The notes under the pieces are model-generated. The model worked only from the letters and a program-made list of their open reading frames with translations, searched no databases and was not told the DNA's origin. DNA of 41,845 nucleotides from Silvanigrellaceae bacterium (GTDB lineage Bacteria; Bdellovibrionota_B; Oligoflexia; Silvanigrellales; Silvanigrellaceae): positions 1 to 41,845 of the forward strand of contig JBMSQQ010000021.1 of the NCBI GenBank assembly GCA_049423385.1. Reading direction: 5' to 3'. A program made the position numbers and the translations under genes. Shown one piece after another: positions 34,855-41,845 of this stretch (position 1 is its first letter; every line of letters starts with the position of its first letter).

Positions 34855-36777
34855 TTAGCCAATGATTTCCAGACGACGTTTGACCAACAGGTAGGGATAT
34901 TCAGAGAAGTAGCCCCTGACTTTGCCCAGGATTTGGTCTGCATCGGACTGGCTCAGCTGCTTGGATTGCACCCGACTGTTCAATTGAGCCGCATAGCCCG
35001 AAAGGATGCCCTCGTCGGTGTAGTTCATCACCCGCAGCAATTCACCCACGTCTTCACCCTTGACCTCTTCGACCCGCTGCATTTGTCCTTCCGGATCGAT
35101 TTCAACAATGAGCTCATTCACTGCTCCAAAGAGGTTGTGGTTGTTGCCCAATGCCTCTTGATAAGCGCCAACAAGGAAGAAGCCGATATAATAGGGAGTG
35201 TCGGACTGCGGCACGTGCAATTCCAGCGAAGGCTTGACGTCGCGTTTGTCGACAAACTTGTCGAGGCAACCGTCGGAGTCGCAAGTGATGTCCATGATCA
35301 CACCGGTCTTGCTGGTCCGTTCGTTCAGCCGCGACAACGGCATCACGGGGAACAGTTGTTCGATGCTCCATGAGTCGGGAATCGACTGGAAGATGGAAAA
35401 GTTTGCAAGATATTTGCTTGTTCGGCTCTTTGCCAGCTCTTCGAATTCCTCGAGCTGGACGCCTGCCATGGCATGATAGTGCAGCGCTTTGTTGGCAATC
35501 TCGTTGACGATGACTTCAGCCTTGGCGCGTTCTTCGATGCTCAGGTAGCCCAAACCGAAGAGTGTGAACAACTCATCACGATATTCGATGGAGTCATGAT
35601 AAAACTCGACGTAATTTTTGCTTGTCATCTGGAGGTAAACGTTCATCAAATCGCGCAGCAATTTGTGATCGGTGGATTCAATTGAGACTTCCTGGATGTC
35701 GCCACCCATTTTCTCGACTTCGCGAACATCCGTCACAAGAACTGCGTGATACGCCGCAACCGCGCGTCCGCTTTCGCTCACAATGGTGGGCGGCGGGCAA
35801 TTTTCGGACTGGCACACTTCCTGAACCAGATACACAACGTCATTGGCAAATTCCTGGAGTGTATAATTCGCACTTGCATAAAAGCTCGTCTTTGAGCCGT
35901 CATAATCGACGCCGATGCCACCACCAATGTTGAGGTAGCGGAGATTGAAGCCGTTCTTGTAGATTTTGGAAAACACGCGACTGGCTTCCTTCATCGCGTT
36001 TTTAACCCGTTTAATCTCAGTGATCTGCGAACCGATGTGATAGTGCACCATTGCCAGCGAGCCCTTGAGGCCTGCTTCCTCGATGAGCCACAATGCTTCC
36101 ATCATTTCAACCGAACTCAGTCCGAATTTGCTTTCTGTTCCAGAAGATTTTTCCCAGAGTCCGGAACCCTTGGAGTACAGTTTTGCGCGCAGGCCGATGT
36201 CGACGCAAAAACCAACCTGCTTCGAATACTCGATGATGAACTTGAGTTCGTCGGTTCCCTCGATCACAAGGACCACGTTTTTGCCCATCCGCTTGGCTTC
36301 AAACGCAAGCTCGATGTAGTGCGAATCCTTGAAGCCGTTGCACACCACGAGCGCGTCGGGATGCAATTCATAACTGAGAGCAGCAAACAATTCGGCCTTG
36401 GTGCCAACTTCAAGTCCGTATGCGTGTTTGCGTCCACTTTTCACCAGCGCGTCAATGAACTCTTTTCTTTGGTTGACCTTGAATGGAAACACGCAACGCA
36501 GGTCACCCGAATATTTGAACTCTTCCATTGCATTGCGAAAGGCGGTGTGGAGTCGGGACAACTGCGTGTCCAGAATCTGTGGAAAGCGCAATATCAGAGG
36601 CGTTTGAATCTTTCGTTCGGAAGCGAACTCGATGATGCGGTTGAGGTCGAGCGAAACCTCTTCGTTTCCAAACGGGTGGACCTGCACAGTGCCGCGGCTC
36701 GAGACTCCGAAATAGCCGGAGCTCCATCCGTCAATTCCATATTTTTGAAAGGCATCCTGGATGTTTTGGGTGGCCAT
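34855..36777 (-). CDS. speA: Biosynthetic arginine decarboxylase
   Basis: YGI..W..GYF, P.ILRFP.IL, FP.KVNQ (PLP Lys), GLEVG.K.EL, CNGFKD, SKFGL, HIGSQI, GGG.GVDYDG, ESGRA, FQS.PD.W, D.TCDSDG, GAYQE.LG..HNLFG. Confidence 0.97.
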   Translation of the reverse strand: MATQNIQDAFQKYGIDGWSSGYFGVSSRGTVQVHPFGNEEVSLDLNRIIEFASERKIQTPLILRFPQILDTQLSRLHTAFRNAMEEFKYSGDLRCVFPFKVNQRKEFIDALVKSGRKHAYGLEVGTKAELFAALSYELHPDALVVCNGFKDSHYIELAFEAKRMGKNVVLVIEGTDELKFIIEYSKQVGFCVDIGLRAKLYSKGSGLWEKSSGTESKFGLSSVEMMEALWLIEEAGLKGSLAMVHYHIGSQITEIKRVKNAMKEASRVFSKIYKNGFNLRYLNIGGGIGVDYDGSKTSFYASANYTLQEFANDVVYLVQEVCQSENCPPPTIVSESGRAVAAYHAVLVTDVREVEKMGGDIQEVSIESTDHKLLRDLMNVYLQMTSKNYVEFYHDSIEYRDELFTLFGLGYLSIEERAKAEVIVNEIANKALHYHAMAGVQLEEFEELAKSRTSKYLANFSIFQSIPDSWSIEQLFPVMPLSRLNERTSKTGVIMDITCDSDGCLDKFVDKRDVKPSLELHVPQSDTPYYIGFFLVGAYQEALGNNHNLFGAVNELIVEIDPEGQMQRVEEVKGEDVGELLRVMNYTDEGILSGYAAQLNSRVQSKQLSQSDADQILGKVRGYFSEYPYLLVKRRLEIIG

Positions 36778-36828
36778 TTCGTCTTACCCTCCGGAAAGGA
36801 CCTGCGGGACAACTGCGCGTGAACGCGC

Positions 36829-36856
36829 GTCTTATCCCAAGCACCCGCCCTGTCAA
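36829..36856 (-). promoter_or_regulatory. Candidate sigma70 promoter for speA
   Basis: TTGACA-N16-TAAGAC on the minus strand, about 50 nt upstream of the ATG. Confidence 0.5.
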
Positions 36857-36949
36857 GGAAATTCGCCGTCAAGTCGGCCCCCTCGCGGGCAAATTTGCAG
36901 CCCCCTTGTCAGCCGAAAATGGCTATCCTTCGGCAGGGGAGGACGAATC

Positions 36950-37447
36950 ATGCCAATCCTGAAGAACAGCCGCTACGAGGAGTTCGAAACTTCCACCCCT
37001 CGGGATTCTTTCCGGGGTGTCCCACTTCAGCGATTTCCTTGGCTTCTTGAAGAGAGAAAACTGCGGACGACCGGCGGCCGGCTCGAGTGGCGGATTCAAA
37101 TCCATTGTCTGTCCGCGGCACCCAGCGGATTCGGCAGCAAGCTCATCCTCAACCTTCGGGCATCCGCACAGCTCACCGGCGAGACCTGCCAAAAGCTCGC
37201 TTTTCCGGGTTCAAGCGAAGTCCGGGTCGCGGCGCTTTTTGGACAGATGGATTTTCTAATCGAAGACTCGCTGGAAAAAAGCGTCGAAGGTCACCTCGAG
37301 GAATTGAACACGCACTCCAACGAGCTCATGAAAAGCATAGGCGAGCATTTGGGCAAGGCCTGGACGGTGGAACAAATCCAGGAACAACTCAGGGGCGTTC
37401 TTCGCCGATCTTCACCCGGCGGTTTCGGTCGAAACATGCAAGCCTGA
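36950..37447 (+). CDS. Hypothetical protein (165 aa)
   Basis: GGAGG RBS before ATG 36950; fills the gap between speA and the HD-GYP gene; no family recognised. Confidence 0.65.
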   Translation: MPILKNSRYEEFETSTPRDSFRGVPLQRFPWLLEERKLRTTGGRLEWRIQIHCLSAAPSGFGSKLILNLRASAQLTGETCQKLAFPGSSEVRVAALFGQMDFLIEDSLEKSVEGHLEELNTHSNELMKSIGEHLGKAWTVEQIQEQLRGVLRRSSPGGFGRNMQA

Positions 37448-37499
37448 ATGTGGCAGAACGAGCATGCCTCACATCGATGATTCGGGTGATGGAGAATGA

Positions 37500-38753
37500 T
37501 CAAGCACCTTTTCGTGCCGATGATGGCGACTGAGCTTTTTCCGGCTCGGCCTGTTTCGCCTTGAGAGTGTCTGCGAGAGACTTCGAGCCATCCAATTGAA
37601 TCACCTTGCCCTTGACGTCGCCGGAATAGTTCAGCGTGGATTCGGGTGGTGGCATGTTTTGATACTTCTTGACACTCTCGACAACCATGCCAACGAACGG
37701 CTTGAAGACCAAAGGATCGTAATCCTCATTCGACTCGATCATAATTTTCAAGGCCTGCCCTGGCTCGAACGCCTCCTTGTAGACCCGCTTCATCAACAGG
37801 GCACTGTAGACATCGGCAATCATGCAGATCCTGCTGTAAAGATGTATGCCTTTCTGCTCGTCGCTTTCCAGCCTGCCGGCACGACCTTCGGGATAACCTC
37901 GCCCATTGAATTTCTCGTGGTGTTCATAGGCAACACGAATGATTTGATCATCAATCGGAGCTCCGCCTTCCTTGGACTTGATCAATTCATCGCGACCATA
38001 AAGTGTATGCTTTTTGATTTGATCAAATTCTTCTGGAGTCAACTTTCCAGGCTTGTTGAGAATTTCCGTGGGTACACAAGTCTTGCCGGCATCGTGAAAA
38101 AGTCCGCATTCAGCAACAAGCATCACTTCTTTCTCAGACATCGGCTTGTCGACCATCTCCTGAGCAATGATGGCACACAGCATGGCAACCGAAGCACTGT
38201 GATCATAGAGAGTGGGATCACAGGAAATCATTTTGCTGAGAGTGAACAGGGCAGCCTGTGAGTCAATCACGGAAGAGACAAGCGCTGAAGCACTCGCACG
38301 CACACGCGCAACAACGTCTTCATCGATGCCACCGTTGACAACCAATTGACTCGACGCGCTCAGGTTGTTGTACAAATCGAGCGTCTTTTTATCCATGTGA
38401 GGAACATAGGCCATCAGCCGCGAGAGTTTCTTGCTGCGCACCTGATTGATGACAGCGTCGAATTTTGGTTTGTCTTGTTTCCACAAGCAGACGCGGAAGG
38501 CACCTTTGGGTTTCAAACAGGCGAACCAGATTTCGTCGAGGAGTTCCTTGCTGAACTCCTTCGGCTTGATGAATTCAATCAACCAGTTTTCAACAACCAC
38601 GAAGATCGAGAAGTCTATCTTTTGCACTTCATTCAGAAAATGAAAGTGTTCCAGGCTGACAGGTGCCAAGCGTTGGCTCAGGGCATCATTGAACGGCACA
38701 ATAACACAGCGATTCCGTGTCTCTTCGCGAATCGGCGGTGGTTTTGCGCTCAT
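37500..38753 (-). CDS. HD-GYP domain protein (putative cyclic-dinucleotide phosphodiesterase)
   Basis: YDHS..VA, GLFHDAGK, ILNKPGKLT.EEF..IK.H...G, HHEKFNG.GYP.G, RI..IADVYSAL...R.YK. Confidence 0.92.
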   Translation of the reverse strand: MSAKPPPIREETRNRCVIVPFNDALSQRLAPVSLEHFHFLNEVQKIDFSIFVVVENWLIEFIKPKEFSKELLDEIWFACLKPKGAFRVCLWKQDKPKFDAVINQVRSKKLSRLMAYVPHMDKKTLDLYNNLSASSQLVVNGGIDEDVVARVRASASALVSSVIDSQAALFTLSKMISCDPTLYDHSASVAMLCAIIAQEMVDKPMSEKEVMLVAECGLFHDAGKTCVPTEILNKPGKLTPEEFDQIKKHTLYGRDELIKSKEGGAPIDDQIIRVAYEHHEKFNGRGYPEGRAGRLESDEQKGIHLYSRICMIADVYSALLMKRVYKEAFEPGQALKIMIESNEDYDPLVFKPFVGMVVESVKKYQNMPPPESTLNYSGDVKGKVIQLDGSKSLADTLKAKQAEPEKAQSPSSARKGA

Positions 38754-38790
38754 CGGAACGAGTCTCCTGCACCGAGGGTGGTCGTGGTGG

Positions 38791-38817
38791 AAATCGGCAG
38801 ACGCGCATGCAACCTGA
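38791..38817 (-). promoter_or_regulatory. Sigma28 (FliA) promoter candidate for the HD-GYP gene
   Basis: TCAGGTTG-N11-GCCGATTT with canonical spacing, 38 nt upstream of the ATG. Confidence 0.6.
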
Positions 38818-38845
38818 GAGACAAATATATAACATTATGAAATTA

Positions 38846-41338
38846 TTATGAAATAATTACCGACAAATGATCGCGCCCGGTACCGCCAACACCCACCCTG
38901 AGGTTCCGGCCATTCACCTGTCCCGTCTGCTTGTTCCGACCTGTGCGAACGATATCCTGGGCAATCCTGTTCTCCAGTTCATGTTCAATGAGCCTGCGCA
39001 ATGGCCGTGCACCGTACAGGGGATCAAATCCATTTTCAGCCAACCATTGCCTCGCCTGGGCATCAACCTCAAGGAGCAACCCCTGCTTGTCCAATCGCCT
39101 GGCAAGATCTGCGAGATGAATATCCAGGATCTGTTCAACCGCAGGTTTGTCCAACTTTCGAAAAACGATGACTTCATCGAGGCGGTTGAGAAACTCGGGT
39201 TTAAAGGATTTTCGCAGTTCATCCTTGACGAGCTTTTCAACTTCATCGTCGTTCAATTCGCGATCTCCGCTGCTCAGCCCCATGGCACGCTTGTTGGAAA
39301 CGATATGCTCACTGCCAATGTTGCTTGTGAACACAATCAAGGTGTTCTCAAAATTGATTGTTTGGCCCTCGGCATCGGTCAGACGGCCATCATCCAACAG
39401 TTGCAGAAAAATGTTGAAGGTGTCCGGATGTGCCTTTTCAACTTCATCAAACAACAAAACGCTGTAGGGTTGTCTTTTGACTTTTTCCGTCAGTTGTCCA
39501 CCCTCTCCATAACCCACAAATCCAGGCGGAGAACCTATCAATTTTGCTGTTTCGTGGCGCTCCATGAATTCACTCATGTCGAATCGAATCAGCCGCCCCT
39601 CGTCGTTCAGAACAAATTCCGCGAGAGCCTTGGCGAGTTCCGTCTTGCCGACACCGGTTGGTCCAAGGAACAAAAATGAGCCTATGGGCGCCCGTCGCTC
39701 GCGCAATCCAACGCGGTTCCTTCGCAGAGCATTGGCAACGGACTCAACCGCATGCGACTGACCAATGACGCGCTTGCCCAACTCCATCTCGATACTCGCC
39801 AGCTTTGACATGTCTTCGGCCTGAAGCCGTCGAACAGGTATCCCGGTGGTCTTCGAAATCAATTCTGCAATGTCATCTGCACTGACTATCTTGTCTTCAG
39901 GTTTTATGGTTGCATCCCAGTTTTTTCTCAGCTCGGAGATCTTGTTTTCCAGTTTGACGATCTCCATCTGGATTTCAGCAACCTTCGGAAAATCCTGTCG
40001 GTTGAAGACTTCTGTGCGCTCATCCTGCCTGCGGGATTTCTCCTGCTCGAGCTTTTGAATTTCAGGCGGCAAACTGACCACGGAAATCCGTTTCAGCGCG
40101 CCCGCCTCGTCAATCAGGTCGATGGCCTTGTCGGGAAGACAGCGTCCCGAAACATACTTGTGCGACAACTCAACCGCTGCCGAGAGAGCCTCGTTTGAAT
40201 ACTTGATGTGATGATGGCGCTCATACTTTGGCGCAATCGACTCGAGCATGAGCCTGGCATTGTCGAGCGTTGGCTCCTCGACCTTGACAGACTGGAAACG
40301 ACGCTCCAACGCCGGATCGGACTCGATGTATTGTTTGTATTCCTTGAAGGTCGTGGCACCGACGCATTGAAGTTGTCCGCCCGCCAATGACGTTTTCAGA
40401 ATATTGCTTGCATCGAGCGCGCCCGAGGTGCGTCCGGCTCCCACGACGGTGTGCAGTTCATCTATGAACAAAATCACTTCGCCTTCCAGGGAAACGATCT
40501 CTTCCTTGATTTGCTTGAGCCGCTCCTCGAATTCGCCGTGCATTTTTGTGCCAGCGACCAGTTCACCCATCTCGAGGGCAAGAACACGTTTTCCAACAAG
40601 GTGTTCTGGAACTTCCTGGGCAACAATCCTCTGCACAAGACCCTCGACAATAACCGTCTTGCCTACTCCTGGTTCGCCAATCAGGACAGGGTTGTTCTTC
40701 TTCCTGCGCGAAAGAATCTGTATCACCCGATCGATTTCATCTTTTCGCGCGGCCACAGGATCGAGCTCTCCCCTGCGCGCCATGGCGGTCAGGTCCCGCG
40801 TGTATTGGCTCAGAACGCTTTGCTTGGATTCATCGTCACGGCTCGTCACCGTTTGATTGCCACGAACACTCAACAGCGCACGCCGCGCTTCATCATACGA
40901 CAATCCGACCTGCTGCAGCAGCTCCCGGGTGGAGGTCTGTCGGGAGTCGAAAAAAGCGAGAAAAAGTGCCCCTGTAGAAATGAAAGCGTCGGTGAAGTTC
41001 TTGCGCTCCACGTCGGCCCGCTCAAACAGGTCATTGACTTCCTGGGTTCCATACAGGTTCGTGGAATCCGACTTTGCTTGGGGTGTGGGAGCCGGGCGAC
41101 GTTGCAGCTTGTTGATTCGCTCATAGAGTCCATTGACCAATCCGGTCTTGAACTTGACGTCATCGAGGCCCAACTCCTGTGCAATTTTCATTGCCACCGA
41201 GTCTTTTTGCTCAACAAGTGCAAACAGAATAAAATCCGGTGTGAGCAGTCGCGTCTGCGCATTCACCGCCTCGGTGATCGCAGCCTGGAAAACTTCATTG
41301 ACCTTGTGGGTCGAGCTTTTCAAAAACTGTTGAGCCAT
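38846..41338 (-). CDS. clpC: ATP-dependent Clp ATPase, ClpC-type
   Basis: Two N-terminal Clp repeats, NNPVLIGEPGVGKT, LFIDELH, LERRFQ, LPDKAIDLIDEA, short UVR-like middle domain, FLGPTGVGKTE, DEVEKAHP, and an MGL loop after TSNIG. Confidence 0.85.
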   Translation of the reverse strand: MAQQFLKSSTHKVNEVFQAAITEAVNAQTRLLTPDFILFALVEQKDSVAMKIAQELGLDDVKFKTGLVNGLYERINKLQRRPAPTPQAKSDSTNLYGTQEVNDLFERADVERKNFTDAFISTGALFLAFFDSRQTSTRELLQQVGLSYDEARRALLSVRGNQTVTSRDDESKQSVLSQYTRDLTAMARRGELDPVAARKDEIDRVIQILSRRKKNNPVLIGEPGVGKTVIVEGLVQRIVAQEVPEHLVGKRVLALEMGELVAGTKMHGEFEERLKQIKEEIVSLEGEVILFIDELHTVVGAGRTSGALDASNILKTSLAGGQLQCVGATTFKEYKQYIESDPALERRFQSVKVEEPTLDNARLMLESIAPKYERHHHIKYSNEALSAAVELSHKYVSGRCLPDKAIDLIDEAGALKRISVVSLPPEIQKLEQEKSRRQDERTEVFNRQDFPKVAEIQMEIVKLENKISELRKNWDATIKPEDKIVSADDIAELISKTTGIPVRRLQAEDMSKLASIEMELGKRVIGQSHAVESVANALRRNRVGLRERRAPIGSFLFLGPTGVGKTELAKALAEFVLNDEGRLIRFDMSEFMERHETAKLIGSPPGFVGYGEGGQLTEKVKRQPYSVLLFDEVEKAHPDTFNIFLQLLDDGRLTDAEGQTINFENTLIVFTSNIGSEHIVSNKRAMGLSSGDRELNDDEVEKLVKDELRKSFKPEFLNRLDEVIVFRKLDKPAVEQILDIHLADLARRLDKQGLLLEVDAQARQWLAENGFDPLYGARPLRRLIEHELENRIAQDIVRTGRNKQTGQVNGRNLRVGVGGTGRDHLSVIIS

Positions 41339-41402
41339 GATTCCTCCCGTTCACAGGAACAGCGCCCGCGGCAGGTTCAATCTGTGTCGGGATCATGGGT
41401 TG

Positions 41403-41845
41403 TCAAGAGGGGGTCAACTGGCCAACTTCACTGTTGCTCTTTGAGCCTTTGCGCAAAGCTATTTCCTGCAGGAGCATGTCGACAAGCATCAGACCGATTC
41501 CAACGTTGATGGCGACATCGGCCCAATTGAAGACCGGGAAAGAATACTCCCAGCCAAAGACACGCCAATGGAAATGCAACCAGTCAATCACGTAACGAAG
41601 CAACAAGCGATCGATGAAGTTTCCAGCGGCTCCTGCCAGAACAAGAATGAGTGCAGTTCGCGCCAGACGCTGTCCGGGATGGGCACTGCGGAACAAATAG
41701 ATGATCATTCCTGATACGAAAAAAGTCACTGCATAAAAAAGCCACAGCCGAATCTTCTCGGGGGCATTCGCAAAAGAACCCCATGCAGCCCCAGGATTGC
41801 GCACATACGTCAAATGAAAATCGAGCCAATTGTTGGTCACGGTTC
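41403..41845 (-). CDS. lspA: Lipoprotein signal peptidase II (5'-truncated)
   Basis: NPGAAWG, GA.GN.IDR, VIDW, PVFN.AD..I. Confidence 0.95.
   Translation of the reverse strand, partial: TVTNNWLDFHLTYVRNPGAAWGSFANAPEKIRLWLFYAVTFFVSGMIIYLFRSAHPGQRLARTALILVLAGAAGNFIDRLLLRYVIDWLHFHWRVFGWEYSFPVFNWADVAINVGIGLMLVDMLLQEIALRKGSKSNSEVGQLTPS

Noticed and set aside
25793..36777. A unified polyamine synthesis-plus-degradation locus (speA with the puu-like operon)
   Set aside because: About 7.7 kb of unrelated genes separate them, speB/aguAB and puuB are not in the window, and the operon looks amino-alcohol oriented.
1..41845. CRISPR arrays, tRNA/rRNA genes, transposases, integrases, prophage or defence genes
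   Set aside because: None recognised by reading intergenic regions and ORFs; no covariance-model search could be run.

Overview
Chromosomal window of about 32 CDSs with no rRNA, tRNA, CRISPR array or mobile element recognised. The gene content is compatible with a Bdellovibrionota/Oligoflexia-like Gram-negative bacterium (inference). Recognisable genes: a short flagellin; namZ followed by two degenerate sulfatase-like proteins, xseA, xseB and pyk; a fliG-fliH-fliI-fliJ-motE-like operon ending in a THUMP rRNA methyltransferase; trhO; a two-CxxCH cytochrome lipoprotein; a gamma-glutamylation catabolic operon (GS-like ligase, Fe-ADH, C26 hydrolase, ALDH); a run of exported proteins (lipoprotein, beta-barrel, L,D-transpeptidase, protease-like lipoprotein, DUF4139); speA; an HD-GYP protein; a ClpC-type ATPase; and partial lspA. 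Best leads: (1) two otherwise anonymous large proteins 30 kb apart share a widely stretched trypsin-like His/Asp/Ser motif set (WTAxHC, CFSxxD, GDSG); (2) the RlmL-like gene has no clean in-frame start, but an ATGA-coupled start followed by a U_UUU_UUG slippery site would give a canonical N-terminus by -1 frameshift; (3) a tandem pseudo-sulfatase pair next to namZ; (4) CsrA-type GGA hairpins in the flagellin leader plus candidate sigma54 and sigma28 promoters. All family calls come from motif recognition by eye; no database search was run.
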